NCBI GenBank assembly: GCA_963808235.1
Contig: CAWEEQ010000004.1
Span: 2,848,001-2,912,000 of the forward strand
Direction of reading: 5' to 3'
DNA length: 64,000 bases
Origin: an uncultured delta proteobacterium
GTDB lineage: Bacteria > Desulfobacterota > Binatia > Binatales > Binataceae
A program made the position numbers and the translations under genes. Below the pieces are notes generated by a model. That model saw only the letters and a list, made by a program, of their open reading frames with translations, was not told the DNA's origin and did not search any database. Shown piece after piece: positions 1-11,118 of the stretch (the stretch's first letter is position 1; the number at the start of each line of letters is the position of its first letter).

Positions 1-834
1 CTGCAGCGCGGCGCAGCAATTTGCGCCCGACGAGATGCCGACCAGGATGCCCTCTTCGCGGGCGAGGCGGCGCGAGTAGAGGGTCGCGTCCTCGTCGCTT
101 ACCGCGGAAATCTCGTCGTAAACCTTGGTGTCGAGATTGCTCGGCACGAAGCCCGCGCCGATTCCCTGGATCTTGTGAAAGCCGGGCTCGCCTCCCGACA
201 GCACGGGCGAGTTCTTCGGCTCGACCGCGACGATCAGCAACTTGTTGCTCAGATGCTCGCGCAAGTAATGGCCCGCGCCAGTGATGGTGCCGCCGGTGCC
301 GACGCCCGCGACGAACGCGTCGATGCGCGGGAACTGTTCGAGCAACTCCGGACCGGTGCTGCGATAGTGGATGGCGGGATTGGCGGCGTTGCTGAATTGC
401 TGCGGCATGAAGTAGCCGGGATTGTTGCGGCAGAGCTCTTCGGCCTTAGCGATCGCGCCGTGCATCCCGCGAGTGTCGGGGGTCAGCACGAGTTCCGCGC
501 CGTAGGCGGCGAGCAGCGAACGGCGCTCCTCGCTCATCGTATCCGGCATCGTGAGGATCAGCTTGTAGCCCTTCACGGCGGAGACCAGCGCGAGTCCGAT
601 TCCGGTGTTGCCACTGGTCGGCTCGACGATGGTATCGCCGGGTTTCAGGCGGCCGGCTTTTTCCGCCGCTTCGATCATCGAGAGGCAGATGCGATCCTTG
701 ACGCTGCCGCCGGGATTGAAGTTTTCGAGTTTGGCCCAGACTTCCGCGTCGTCTTTTCCGGGCAGGCGGTTCAGGCGAACGACGGGCGTATTGCCGATAA
801 GTTCGAGCGGCGAATTGGCTACGCTGATGGGCAT
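1..834 (-). CDS. cysK: Cysteine synthase A (3' end runs off window)
   Basis: Not in ORF track. Manual translation from ATG at 834: [24 protein letters not shown]...[15 protein letters not shown]...[12 protein letters not shown]...GVGTGGT...IQGIGAGF. Open to position 1. Confidence 0.95.
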   Translation of the reverse strand, partial: MPISVANSPLELIGNTPVVRLNRLPGKDDAEVWAKLENFNPGGSVKDRICLSMIEAAEKAGRLKPGDTIVEPTSGNTGIGLALVSAVKGYKLILTMPDTMSEERRSLLAAYGAELVLTPDTRGMHGAIAKAEELCRNNPGYFMPQQFSNAANPAIHYRSTGPELLEQFPRIDAFVAGVGTGGTITGAGHYLREHLSNKLLIVAVEPKNSPVLSGGEPGFHKIQGIGAGFVPSNLDTKVYDEISAVSDEDATLYSRRLAREEGILVGISSGANCCAALQ

Positions 835-949
835 GGGCGCAATTCTAGCCGGAAAATGCGGCTGTTGGCGAATGTATAAATGAGCACAAATCAAACGGCG
901 GCGCGCGGAAAATTCACAGTGGGAGTGCCATCGGGATGATAGAGTTAAC

Positions 950-1945
950 GTGATGGGTGCGATCGATTCCGCGCGGCGCGTGCTGGTGATATTTCCTGGA
1001 GCGCTCGGCGATTTCATATGCGTCATGCCGGCAATCGAGGCGATTGCGGCGCGGTATCGGGGTGCATCGATCGAATTGATGGCGCGGGCGGAGCTGGCCC
1101 GGCTCGCGGTGGGGAGAACTGTCGTCGCGCGAGGCTACTCGATCGACGCTCCGCAGGCCGGCGCGCTCTTCAGCGACACGGGCGATGCCAGCCGGCAAGC
1201 ACGCGAATTCTTCGGCGGCTATGAGCGTATCTACTCGTTCTTCGCATCGAGCGACGCGCGCTTTCGAACTCGGCTCGTCGCGGCGACCGGTGGTGAAGTT
1301 TCATTTCATCCCTTTCGGCCCATCTACGATGGATCAAGCGAGCCGCATATAGCGGCTTCATATTTGCGGTCGATTGGCGCGGCGGATGCGCCGATGCGTC
1401 CGCGCATAGAGGCGACTGTCGACGACATGCAGGCCGCGTCGGACGCGATCTCATCGGTGCGATGCGATCCATCGAATCTGATCGCGATATTTCCCGGCAG
1501 CGGAAGCATGCGCAAGAATTGGCCGGTCGATAAATTTGCGACGCTTGGCAAGATGCTGGCCGGAACATCGGGCGTCGTGTTCATTCTGGGGCCGGCGGAA
1601 TCGGCGATCGAACAGAGACTACGTCAGCGCAATTTGCCGGTGCTGAAAGATTTGGACCTTGGCACTGTTGCGGGAATCGCGCGGCTTGCGTCGGGCTTCG
1701 TAGGCAACGATTCGGGCGTGTCGCATCTGGCGGCCGCCGTCGGAGCGCCGGGAGTGGTGATATTTGGCCCGGGCGATTCCGCGCGATGGCATCCGCTTGG
1801 AAAAATCGCGGTGCTTGCCAGGGGAGAGATCGATACGATCGAGCCGGATGAGGTCGCCGCCGCATTGACTCAGATTCGCCGCGGTCGTGGCTCTCTTGAG
1901 TCCGAAAAAAGTGATCGCGTTGACTACAAAAATCGCGTGGCGTAG
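950..1945 (+). CDS. Glycosyltransferase family 9 (LPS heptosyltransferase-like)
   Basis: GALGDF, FPGSGSxxKNWP and [16 protein letters not shown] motifs. The start may be ATG 953. Confidence 0.9.
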   Translation: MMGAIDSARRVLVIFPGALGDFICVMPAIEAIAARYRGASIELMARAELARLAVGRTVVARGYSIDAPQAGALFSDTGDASRQAREFFGGYERIYSFFASSDARFRTRLVAATGGEVSFHPFRPIYDGSSEPHIAASYLRSIGAADAPMRPRIEATVDDMQAASDAISSVRCDPSNLIAIFPGSGSMRKNWPVDKFATLGKMLAGTSGVVFILGPAESAIEQRLRQRNLPVLKDLDLGTVAGIARLASGFVGNDSGVSHLAAAVGAPGVVIFGPGDSARWHPLGKIAVLARGEIDTIEPDEVAAALTQIRRGRGSLESEKSDRVDYKNRVA

Positions 1946-1963
1946 CTTCAAAATTACCGGTCT

Positions 1964-2824
1964 ATGACCAGCTTCTTTAAAACCACCCTGCTTTTGATTG
2001 CGATGACGGGCCTGCTGATGTTGATCGGCGGCCTGGTCGGAGGCACGCGCGGCATCGCGATCTTTTTCGTGATCGCCGCGGCGATGAACTTCTTCAGCTA
2101 TTGGTTCTCCGACAAGATCGTGCTGCGCGCGTATCACGCGCAGGAACTCGACGCGGCATCGGAGCCGGAACTCTACTCGATCGTAAACGAGCTGGCGCAT
2201 TCGGCGTCGATTCCGATGCCGCGCCTTTACCTGATCGATTCCGACACGCCCAACGCGTTTGCGACCGGGCGCAATGCCAGGCACGCGGCGGTCGCGGTGA
2301 CGCGCGGGATCATGCGGATTTGCACGCGCGATGAGTTGAAGGGCGTCATCGGGCATGAGCTGTCGCACGTGACCAATCGCGACATCCTGACCAGCTCGAT
2401 CGTCGCGACGATGGCCGGCGCGATCATGATGCTCGGCACGATGATTCGATGGGGCGCTCTGTTCGGGCTGGGCAGCCGCGACGACGAAGAAGGCGGGCTC
2501 GAGGGCCTGCTGATCGGAGGCATCCTGGCGCCGATCGCGGCGACGCTGATCCAGCTCGCGATATCGCGCACGCGCGAATACCAGGCCGACGCGAGCGGCG
2601 CCGGTCTCACTCATCATCCGCTTTATCTGGCCAGCGCGCTGCGCAAGCTCGAAGCCGCGAACGAGCGGATGCCGCTCGACGCGAGCCCCGCAACGGCGCA
2701 TATGTTCATCGTGAATCCATTGAGCGCGGCGGGAATCGCGCGCCTGTTCTCGACACATCCGCCGATCGACGAGCGAATTCGCCGGCTGGAGCGAATGTCG
2801 GCGGGACAAGCTGCGATAGGTTGA
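1964..2824 (+). CDS. htpX: Membrane zinc metalloprotease HtpX (M48)
   Basis: PNAFATG, HELSH, ISRTREYQAD and FSTHPP motifs; N-terminal TM helices. Confidence 0.95.
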   Translation: MTSFFKTTLLLIAMTGLLMLIGGLVGGTRGIAIFFVIAAAMNFFSYWFSDKIVLRAYHAQELDAASEPELYSIVNELAHSASIPMPRLYLIDSDTPNAFATGRNARHAAVAVTRGIMRICTRDELKGVIGHELSHVTNRDILTSSIVATMAGAIMMLGTMIRWGALFGLGSRDDEEGGLEGLLIGGILAPIAATLIQLAISRTREYQADASGAGLTHHPLYLASALRKLEAANERMPLDASPATAHMFIVNPLSAAGIARLFSTHPPIDERIRRLERMSAGQAAIG

Positions 2825-2835
2825 CGGTCAATCCG

Positions 2836-3328
2836 ATGGAAGATCAGGAAGACAAGCGCGGATTCAAAGTTCAGGACCGGCGCCGTTTTTCCTCGGAAGG
2901 CGAAACCAGGACGGAAGGCGAAGCGTCATCTGATCGTGCCGATGCGCCATCGCCGCCGCCCAAGCCCGACGGTGGCTCATCAGCAAAGCCCGATGTGACT
3001 GCGAATCCGAACGCCGCGCAGACTGCAGGGACTGCCGAAGGTGCGACGCGACATGGAGCTGGAGCTCCAGCGCCGGAATTGACGTTCGCGGCGTTTGTCG
3101 TGGAGCCTTTCGGAGCAGGCGCTAGCGGCGCTTGGGGAGATTCCGGATCCGGCGACGGGCAAAGTGACACACGACCTGGTCATGGCGCAGCAGATGATCG
3201 ACCTAATCATAATGTTACGCGACAAGACGCGCGGAAATCTCGATCAACACGAACAGACGCTGGTGCAGGAGATTCTTTCCACTCTGCAAATGAAGTACGT
3301 TGAATTGGCGAGACAGCCAGGCCGCTGA
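2836..3328 (+). CDS. DUF1844-like protein with one frameshift near 3100
   Basis: N-part MEDQEDKRGFKVQDRRRF in one frame; C-part SLSEQALAALGEIPDP...IDLIIMLRDKTRGNL in the next frame. One extra base at tttgtcGtggagc. Confidence 0.8.
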
Positions 3329-3353
3329 AGCGGGCAGCTACGTTTAATCACAC

Positions 3354-4868
3354 ATGCCGTATAAGTTTTTTCGACCCATCGCCACTATCGGCGTCGCTCT
3401 GATGATCGCGAGCTTCGCCGGAGTCCTTACAATCGCAACCGCGGGCGCCGAGGCAGTCCCCGCGCAGAGTACGACGCAGTCGGCGCGCTTCTGGAGCGAG
3501 CTCGATCCGGGGCACGTTGCGAAGGCGAATACGATGCCGGACTTCGTCGAGCTGGCGGCGAAGCTGAGTCCCGCGGTCGTGAACATCTCGACCGACGAGC
3601 CCGACGAACCGGCCGAAACCGTCGAGCCGCCAGAAGGAATCGAGCCGCCGGGGAGCCATGAGGGCATCCCGCATTCGCATAGTCCGTTCGAGGAATTCGG
3701 CGGCCCGCAGCATTCAAAGGCGCTCGGCTCCGGGTTCATCATCACCAAGGACGGCTACATCCTGACCAACGAGCACGTGGTCGAGAATCCCGGCAAGGTC
3801 ACCGTGACCACGCAGGACGGCCGCAACTACATTGCGAAAATTATCGGGCATGACGATAAGAGCGACATCGCGCTGCTGAAAATCGATGCGAAACACGACC
3901 TCGCGGTGGCGCCGCTAGGCAACTCGAACGAGCTGCGAGTTGGCGAATGGGTGATGGCGATAGGCAATCCGTTCGGCTTCGATCATTCGGTGACAGCGGG
4001 AATCATCAGCGCCAAGGGACGCTTCATCCCGGGCAACTACGAAAACTTTATCCAGACCGATGCGTCGATAAATCCCGGCAACTCGGGTGGGCCGCTGATC
4101 GACCTGCGCGGCGACGTGGTCGGCGTCAACTGCGCAATCTACACGCATACAGGCTCGAGCATGGGAATTGGGTTTGCGGTGCCGATAGATCTGGTCAAAG
4201 AGGAACTGCCGCAGCTTAAGACGGCGGGCAAAGTGGTGCGCGGATGGCTCGGCGTTTACATCCAGAAGATGACGCCGGAGCTCGCCGAGTCGCTGGGACT
4301 GGCGGATTCGCGCGGAGCGCTGGTCGCCAAAGTGCTCGACGACGGTCCGGCCAAGGCTGCCGGCGTCAAGCGCGGCGACGTGATCGTATCGTTCGACAAC
4401 CAGGAGGTCGGCGATTCGCGCGAGCTGCCCCTGATGGTTGGGCGAACCGAACTCGGCCACAAGGGAATGCTCAAAGTGATCCGTGACAAGCAGACGATCG
4501 AGCTGCCGGTCACGATCACGGAATCGCACGAGACCGAACTGGCGGCGGCGGAAAAGGCGGAAAAGCCCGAGGCCGGCATCAAGTCGCCGTTCGGGCTGCG
4601 GGTGAAGGATCTCAGTCCGGAGCTCGCCAAGGAACTGGGGATCGAGGCGCCGGGCGGGGTTGTGATTTCGGCGGTGCAGCCAGGGAGCCGCGCCGATGAG
4701 GCGGGCTTGCGCGCACGCGACGTAATCCTGGAAGTGAATCGCGAGGCGGTGAAAGACGTGGATTCGTATCAGAGCGCTATCAAGACCGGCGCCAAGGGAA
4801 AGATAGTTTTGCTGCTCGTGAAACGTGGCGAGAACACGATTTACGTGGCGATGAAGCCCGAGGTTTGA
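3354..4868 (+). CDS. degP: DegP/DegQ-family serine endoprotease with two PDZ domains
   Basis: Signal peptide, GSGFII, LTNEHVV, IQTDASINPGNSGGPL, then PDZ domains. Confidence 0.93.
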   Translation: MPYKFFRPIATIGVALMIASFAGVLTIATAGAEAVPAQSTTQSARFWSELDPGHVAKANTMPDFVELAAKLSPAVVNISTDEPDEPAETVEPPEGIEPPGSHEGIPHSHSPFEEFGGPQHSKALGSGFIITKDGYILTNEHVVENPGKVTVTTQDGRNYIAKIIGHDDKSDIALLKIDAKHDLAVAPLGNSNELRVGEWVMAIGNPFGFDHSVTAGIISAKGRFIPGNYENFIQTDASINPGNSGGPLIDLRGDVVGVNCAIYTHTGSSMGIGFAVPIDLVKEELPQLKTAGKVVRGWLGVYIQKMTPELAESLGLADSRGALVAKVLDDGPAKAAGVKRGDVIVSFDNQEVGDSRELPLMVGRTELGHKGMLKVIRDKQTIELPVTITESHETELAAAEKAEKPEAGIKSPFGLRVKDLSPELAKELGIEAPGGVVISAVQPGSRADEAGLRARDVILEVNREAVKDVDSYQSAIKTGAKGKIVLLLVKRGENTIYVAMKPEV

Positions 4869-4941
4869 GCGGGGGACGCGCCGGCGACTATCAAATAGCC
4901 GAGCGGCGCGGCCAGCCGGCTTCGCGCCATCGCCGATTCAG

Positions 4942-7308
4942 ATGTCCTTCAAACGAATTCTTAAGATCGCGCTCATCTGCGTGGGCGCGCTCATATTGTT
5001 CGCGGTGCCGCCTACGTTGTGGCTTTTCTTCAGCTACTACAATCAGCTCGAAAATGAGGTCGTGGCGCGGTTCTCGGGCAAGAGATGGAACATTCCGTCG
5101 CGCATCTACTCGGACTCGGAGCTAATCTACCCGGGACAGGATCTGAAGGATCTCGGATTTTTCGAGCGGCTTGCGCGCCTCAATTACCATCCAGTCGATC
5201 CAGGCAGAGTCACCACGCGCGGCGAATATAGTTTCGACAAAAAACGCGGCAAGCTCGACATCTTCCTGCACAGCTTCGCGTATCCATATCGCAACTTCGG
5301 CGGCGAGGTGGTCGATATCGCGGTCAAGGACGATGCGATCGTGTCGATGCAGGATAGCGGCAATCATCAGCCGATATACTCGATTGAGCTGGAACCCGAA
5401 CTAATCAGCGGAATCTTCGAGGGCGAATGGGAGCAGCGCCGGCTGGTGCGCCTTGCCCAGATACCGCCGACGATGATCAACGCGATCCTGGCCGCCGAGG
5501 ATCATCGCTTTTACGAGCATCATGGCGTCGATCTGGTCCGCACGATCAAAGCCGCGTATATCGATTTCACTTCGGGCCACGTGCGCCAGGGCGGCTCGAC
5601 ACTGACCCAGCAATTGATGAAAAACTTTTTCCTGACCCGCGAACGCAGTTACAAGCGCAAGGTCAAGGAAGCGCTGATGGCGTATATCGCGGAGAATCGC
5701 TACTCGAAAGATGAAATCCTGGAAAACTACATCAACGATATCTACCTGGGTCAGCGCGGACAGGAAGGTATCTACGGCGTCTGGGAGGCGTCCGAATACT
5801 ACTTCTCAAAAGAGCCGCGCGACTTGACTATTGGCGAGATGGCGGCGATTGCGGGCATGATCAGTTCGCCCAACCGGCTGAATCCGCTGCGCCATCCCGA
5901 CGCGGCACGCCAGCGGCGCGACGAAGTCCTCGGCTCGATGCTCCAGGATGGCTACATCAGTAAGGCCGCGTACGATTCGGCGGTCGGCGAGCCGCTTCAC
6001 GCGCGCGAGGTTTACAACGAAAGTAACGACGCGCCCTACTTCGTCGATTACGTCAAAAAGGAGCTCGCCGAACGGTATCCGCCGCAGGTGCTGAGTGGCG
6101 AAGGGCTCAGGATTTTCACCTCGCTCGACGTGCACATGGAAAAGCTCGGCGAGCAGGCGATAACGCACAATCTCGCCGATCTCGAATCGAAGCATCCCAA
6201 GCTGGTCCGGCGCGAAGCTACCCAGCGCCTCGAGTCGTGCCTGGTTGCGCTCGAGCCGCAGAGCGGCAGGATTCGCGCGATGGTCGGTGGACGCGACTAT
6301 CGCGAAAGCCAGTTCAATCGCGTCATCCAGTCAAAACGGCAGCCCGGCTCGGTCTTCAAACCGGTCACCTATCTCGCGGCTTTTGACGAGACGCTTTCGG
6401 GCGGGGGAGAGAAATTTCTCCCGACGACATATATAGAAGACGCGCCGTTCACCTGGCAGTACGGCGACATGAGCTGGACTCCCAACAACTACCGCGACCG
6501 CTTCTTCGGCCACGTCACGCTGGAATTCGCGCTCGGCGAGTCGCTCAACTCGGCGACCGCGCGCCTTGCGAACAGCGTCGGGCTCGATCGAATACGCGCG
6601 ATGGCGTCGAAGCTCGGCTTCGGCGATCTGCCCTCGTACCCGTCGATCGTGCTCGGCGGTATCGAAGTCTCGCCGATGCAGGTCGCGCGCGCATACGCGG
6701 TGATCGCGAACGACGGAATGGAAATTCAACCCTACGCGGTCACCGCGGTCGTCGATGAGAACAACAAGGTAATCGAGGGTCATGAGCTAACCGAAGAGCA
6801 AGTGATCTCGCCGGAACTCGCATACATGATGCAGTTCATGCTCGAGAATGTGATCAATCACGGCACCGGCGCCGGCGCGCGCTCGATGGGTTTCACCCGG
6901 CCGGCGGCGGGCAAGACCGGCACCACCAACGACGCCAAGGACGCGTGGTTTTCCGGGTTCACTCCGAATCTCCTGACCGTGGTGTGGACTGGATTCGATC
7001 AAAAAGAGGAACTCGGGCTGACCGGAGCGCAGGCCTCGCTGCCCGCATGGACGGCATTCATGAAGGCCGCGACTGCTTCCAGGCCGGCGCTCGATTTCAC
7101 CGCGCCGCCGGGAATCGTAGAAGTGAAAGTTGACCCCACGACCGGCTTCAAGGCGACGCCGTATTGCCCGGTCACCATGATGGGTGTGTATCCTGTCGGG
7201 TTGGCGCCAACCACCGACTGTCCGTATCATACGAGTGCAGCGGCGCTGGCGGGCTCGGATCACAAAATTCCCGAAGCCCCGAATCCGGCCACCGATCCGA
7301 ATGATTAA
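4942..7308 (+). CDS. mrcB: Penicillin-binding protein 1B (class A, UB2H-like + GT51 + transpeptidase)
   Basis: N-terminal TM, UB2H-like segment, EDHRFYEHHG, GGSTLTQQL, SVFK, SLN and KTG motifs. Confidence 0.9.
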   Translation: MSFKRILKIALICVGALILFAVPPTLWLFFSYYNQLENEVVARFSGKRWNIPSRIYSDSELIYPGQDLKDLGFFERLARLNYHPVDPGRVTTRGEYSFDKKRGKLDIFLHSFAYPYRNFGGEVVDIAVKDDAIVSMQDSGNHQPIYSIELEPELISGIFEGEWEQRRLVRLAQIPPTMINAILAAEDHRFYEHHGVDLVRTIKAAYIDFTSGHVRQGGSTLTQQLMKNFFLTRERSYKRKVKEALMAYIAENRYSKDEILENYINDIYLGQRGQEGIYGVWEASEYYFSKEPRDLTIGEMAAIAGMISSPNRLNPLRHPDAARQRRDEVLGSMLQDGYISKAAYDSAVGEPLHAREVYNESNDAPYFVDYVKKELAERYPPQVLSGEGLRIFTSLDVHMEKLGEQAITHNLADLESKHPKLVRREATQRLESCLVALEPQSGRIRAMVGGRDYRESQFNRVIQSKRQPGSVFKPVTYLAAFDETLSGGGEKFLPTTYIEDAPFTWQYGDMSWTPNNYRDRFFGHVTLEFALGESLNSATARLANSVGLDRIRAMASKLGFGDLPSYPSIVLGGIEVSPMQVARAYAVIANDGMEIQPYAVTAVVDENNKVIEGHELTEEQVISPELAYMMQFMLENVINHGTGAGARSMGFTRPAAGKTGTTNDAKDAWFSGFTPNLLTVVWTGFDQKEELGLTGAQASLPAWTAFMKAATASRPALDFTAPPGIVEVKVDPTTGFKATPYCPVTMMGVYPVGLAPTTDCPYHTSAAALAGSDHKIPEAPNPATDPND

Positions 7309-8275
7309 TTTTTTACGATCGCTCGGGAACCAAACGATGCAATCTACGCTTCCGCGGGCCGGATCACTCGTTCTTGCAATGGTCATGATGTTAATGACGA
7401 CAAGCGTCGCCGCCGCGGCTGTCTCGAATCCGATTGTCGTTGCGTTCGAGGAAGAATCGATTCCCGCCGCGGATCTCACGGCGCCGAGCCCGGCCGCGTC
7501 GCCATCGCCGGGCGACGAATCGAGTCCGGATTCCGCCACGTGGGAGAAAGTGCCAACGTCGCCATCTGCTCCCGCCGCTGCCCAAGCTTCGTCGACGGGA
7601 TTTAGAGCTGTCTCGGCTCCCGCACCGGTTTCCCCGCTGAGTCCGCAACCCGCGGCGCCTGCCGAGGTTCCGCCCGCGATGGACGTCGGCTCGCTGGCGC
7701 CGACACCTCAAATCAGCGACTCGTCTCTGGAACCGTTGATCAGCGCCGCGCCGACTCCGGCGCGCGCGGCGTCGCTCAGGATCACGGAAAAGCAACGCGT
7801 CGAACTCGCGCAGGGACACGTCGATGACGCGGTTCGCGAGCTGGCGCATGCGGTGTCGATCGATCCGAGCAACTCGTACGCGTACTTCTATCTCGGGCGC
7901 GCCTACGTCGCCCGCAAGGGCTACGCGCAGGCGCTGACTTTCTTCAAGCGTGCGGAAATCGGTCTCGCCTCCAACTCCGCGTGGCTCGGCGAAATTTACG
8001 CATTCGAAGGATTGAGTCTCGAGGAATCGGGGAAATCGGCCGAAGCCGAGGCGGCGTATCAGAAGGCGCTCGCCGCGACTCCGGGCAACCTGACCGCGCG
8101 CGTCGGCGCCACACGCCTGGCGGCATTCGCACCAGGACCTCCGGCCGGAGCGCCAGTGGCCGACGCGATTGCGCCCGCACCCAGTGCCGAAGAAGCTCCT
8201 CCCGCACCTGTCGAAGCGCCGCCTCCGCCAGCGCCCGCGCCTGCTTCCAGTCCCGCGGATACGAGCGACGACTGA
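7301..8275 (+). CDS. Exported TPR protein with Pro/Ala-rich linkers (LpoP-like candidate)
   Basis: Overlaps the mrcB stop. Hydrophobic N-terminus and TPR motifs (AVSIDPSNSYAYFYLGRAY; AEAAYQKALAATPGN). Alternative start 7337. Confidence 0.8.
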   Translation: MINFLRSLGNQTMQSTLPRAGSLVLAMVMMLMTTSVAAAAVSNPIVVAFEEESIPAADLTAPSPAASPSPGDESSPDSATWEKVPTSPSAPAAAQASSTGFRAVSAPAPVSPLSPQPAAPAEVPPAMDVGSLAPTPQISDSSLEPLISAAPTPARAASLRITEKQRVELAQGHVDDAVRELAHAVSIDPSNSYAYFYLGRAYVARKGYAQALTFFKRAEIGLASNSAWLGEIYAFEGLSLEESGKSAEAEAAYQKALAATPGNLTARVGATRLAAFAPGPPAGAPVADAIAPAPSAEEAPPAPVEAPPPPAPAPASSPADTSDD

Positions 8276-8352
8276 TACTTTCCGCGTCCGTCATCAGTAG
8301 ATATTGTTGATCCCGCGCGGGGTGCAGCACCGTCCACCCGCAGAACTTCGAG

Positions 8353-9357
8353 ATGCTCATACTTGGAATTGAATCTTCGTGCGACGACGCCGCATCCGCG
8401 GTTATCGAGACATCGGCGCCGGGCATCGCCGAGGTGCGCTCCAGCACGGTCGCCAACCAGGACGACATACATCGAGTCTACGGCGGAATCGTTCCCGAGC
8501 TGGCGTCGCGGAATCACGTAGTCACGATTGGGCCGGTAATCGAACGCGCGCTGAGCGATGCGCGATGCACCCTTGCCGATATCGGAGGAATCGCGGTGAC
8601 TAGCGGGCCCGGGCTGGTTGGCTCGCTGCTGGTTGGCCTGATGTTCGCCAAGGGTCTCGCGCAGGCTGCACAAATCCCGATGGTGGGCGTGAATCACATC
8701 GAGGGTCACCTGCTTGCGCCGCTGCTCGAGAATCAGATCGCGATGCCATACCTGGCGCTGGTTGTATCCGGCGGGCATACGGCGCTGTTCGCGGTCGAGG
8801 ACTTCGGCCGCTATCGGCGCATCGGACGCACTCGCGACGACGCCGCCGGCGAAGCATTCGACAAGGTCGCCAAGCTGATGGGCCTCGGTTATCCGGGCGG
8901 CCGCGCAATCGACGAGTTGTCGCGCCGCGGCAATCGCAAGCGGGTGCGAATCCCGCGCGCGCACGTGAAAGGTGCGCCGATGGATTTCAGTTTCAGCGGC
9001 GTGAAGACTTCTGTCGCCACGCTGCTCGCGAGCGATGCGGGCCGGGCCGAGCGGCCCGAAGATCTCGCGGCCAGCTTCCAGGAAGCAGTCGTCGATATGC
9101 TCGTGAAACCGACGATCGCCGCGGCGCGCGAACTCGGCGCCGACACGATCGCGCTGACGGGCGGGGTCGCGGCGAACTCGAGGTTGCGCGATGTACTCGC
9201 GCAGGCCGCGGCCGCGGATGGCCGGCGGCTGGTCGCACCGGCGCTCAAATATTGCACTGACAATGCGGCGATGATCGCGCTCGCGGGCAGCTATCGCCTG
9301 CTGCGCGGCGAGTGCGACTCGATGGGCATCGACGCCGACGCCAATCTTTCGCTTTGA
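8353..9357 (+). CDS. tsaD: tRNA N6-threonylcarbamoyladenosine transferase
   Basis: ILGIESSCDD, GGIVPELASRNH, NHIEGH, SGGHT, DDAAGEAFDK, CTDNAAMIA. Confidence 0.97.
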   Translation: MLILGIESSCDDAASAVIETSAPGIAEVRSSTVANQDDIHRVYGGIVPELASRNHVVTIGPVIERALSDARCTLADIGGIAVTSGPGLVGSLLVGLMFAKGLAQAAQIPMVGVNHIEGHLLAPLLENQIAMPYLALVVSGGHTALFAVEDFGRYRRIGRTRDDAAGEAFDKVAKLMGLGYPGGRAIDELSRRGNRKRVRIPRAHVKGAPMDFSFSGVKTSVATLLASDAGRAERPEDLAASFQEAVVDMLVKPTIAAARELGADTIALTGGVAANSRLRDVLAQAAAADGRRLVAPALKYCTDNAAMIALAGSYRLLRGECDSMGIDADANLSL

Positions 9358-9368
9358 CGCGCTGACCA

Positions 9369-10271
9369 ATGGCAATCGCGCGGAAATCCGGCTCTCGAGG
9401 CGAATCGTCTCCATCGCGACCCGCTCCCGCGCTCGCGATCGCCGGCGTGCGTCCGACAAAATCGCGCGGGCAGAATTTCCTCACCAGCGGCGCAATCGCG
9501 GATCGAATCGTCAGAGCGGCGGAACTCGACGAATCCGATCACATAGTCGAAATCGGGCCCGGACTCGGGATCCTGACAGAGAAGATCGCGATGCAGCCGC
9601 ACCGCTCGCTGACGCTGGTCGAACTCGATCCGCGACTCGCCGCGCGGCTTTCCGATCGCTTCGCCGGTGACGCGAGGAATCGAGTGATCAATGCGGACTT
9701 TCTCTCCGTCGATTTCGCGCAGCTCGCCGCGATGCCGCCAATCAAGGTGATCGGCAATCTGCCATTCAATGTCGCCGCCGCGATTTTACGACGTCTATGC
9801 GACAACGCGCGCCTGATCGCGCGGATGGTCCTGATGTTTCAACGCGAGGTCGCAGCGCGAATTCGCGCCCGCTCCGGCGACGACGGCTACTCGGCACTGA
9901 GCGTATTCACTGCACTCTACTGGGATATCGATCTCCATTTCGCAATCGCGGCCGGCAGCTTTCACCCGCGGCCCAAAGTCGACGCGGAAGTACTCGGCTT
10001 CAGACCGCGAACAGAATCGCCATTTGTCGAAATCGATGAGCGCACGGTGCTCGAGGTTGTGCGCGCGTCATTCTCCGCACCGCGAAAGACCATTCGAAAC
10101 GCGCTCAGCCATTCGCTTGGAATCGAAGCGGCCACGATTGTTGAGGCGCTCGGACGCGCGGCGATCGATCCGTCGGCGCGCGCCGAAACGCTCGCGGTGC
10201 CCGATTTTATCCGGCTTTCCCGGATACTCGGTCCAGGATTGACCCGCGGGATCGGGTCGCACGATGCCTGA
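9369..10271 (+). CDS. rsmA: 16S rRNA m6,2A dimethyltransferase
   Basis: GQNFL, EIGPGLG, GNLPFN, MFQREVA, FHPRPKVD. Confidence 0.95.
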   Translation: MAIARKSGSRGESSPSRPAPALAIAGVRPTKSRGQNFLTSGAIADRIVRAAELDESDHIVEIGPGLGILTEKIAMQPHRSLTLVELDPRLAARLSDRFAGDARNRVINADFLSVDFAQLAAMPPIKVIGNLPFNVAAAILRRLCDNARLIARMVLMFQREVAARIRARSGDDGYSALSVFTALYWDIDLHFAIAAGSFHPRPKVDAEVLGFRPRTESPFVEIDERTVLEVVRASFSAPRKTIRNALSHSLGIEAATIVEALGRAAIDPSARAETLAVPDFIRLSRILGPGLTRGIGSHDA

Positions 10272-11097
10272 ACTTCCGGAAGTTGAATCGCTCCGCCGGA
10301 TCCTGTCGCGCACCGCGGTCGGCCGGACAATCGTACGAGCGCGGATCGGCGACAAAAGCTTGCGACGCCGCGTGCCGATCGATTTTTCCTCGAGTATCGC
10401 AGGCCGACGAATCACCGCGCTTTCGCGGCGGGCAAAATATTTGATCGTCGAGTTTGACGGCGACGATGTGTTGCTGGTCCACCTAGGGATGTCGGGCAGC
10501 CTGACCCATCGCAACGACGGATTCCACGCTGACGAATTCGATCCTCGACACGATCATCTGGAATTTTCTCTCGACGACGACTCGCGCCTGGTCTACAACG
10601 ACCCGCGGCGCTTCGGAATGGTCCGCCTGGTAGCGCGCGCCGCGCTGGCTTCCACAGCGGAACTGAAGGCTCTCGGCCCGGAGCCTCTGTCGCGCGAATT
10701 TAACGCCAATTACTTGGCATCGAGGGCCCGCGGACGCCGCGTCGCGATCAAGAACCTGATCATGGATCAACGGATCGTCGCAGGTATCGGGAACATTTAC
10801 GCGGCGGAGATTTTATTTCGCGCCGGCGTGAGGCCGACCCGCCGTGCCGGCCGCGTTACCCGAGGCGAGATCGAAAAGATCGCGAGCGCGGTGCCGCTGA
10901 TTCTTCGCGCGGCGATCGGCCGCAGCGGCACCACCTTTCGCAGCTATCGCGATTCGCGCGGACAGCCGGGACGATTTGCCGAGCGCCTGCGCGTGTACGG
11001 GCGCGAGGGCAAACCGTGCTACACATGCTCGACGCCGATCAGAAACGTGGTCATTGGTGGGCGCGCCAGTTTCTATTGTCCGAAATGCCAGCGCTGA
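10264..11097 (+). CDS. mutM: Formamidopyrimidine-DNA glycosylase
   Basis: MPELPEVE, HLGMSG, DPRRFG, GIGNIY and a C-terminal zinc finger. Confidence 0.97.
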   Translation: MPELPEVESLRRILSRTAVGRTIVRARIGDKSLRRRVPIDFSSSIAGRRITALSRRAKYLIVEFDGDDVLLVHLGMSGSLTHRNDGFHADEFDPRHDHLEFSLDDDSRLVYNDPRRFGMVRLVARAALASTAELKALGPEPLSREFNANYLASRARGRRVAIKNLIMDQRIVAGIGNIYAAEILFRAGVRPTRRAGRVTRGEIEKIASAVPLILRAAIGRSGTTFRSYRDSRGQPGRFAERLRVYGREGKPCYTCSTPIRNVVIGGRASFYCPKCQR

Positions 11098-11118
11098 TCG
11101 CGCCGACACCCGAGGAGA

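Noticed and set aside
175-879. 234-aa plus-strand ORF
   Set aside because: Antisense shadow of cysK.
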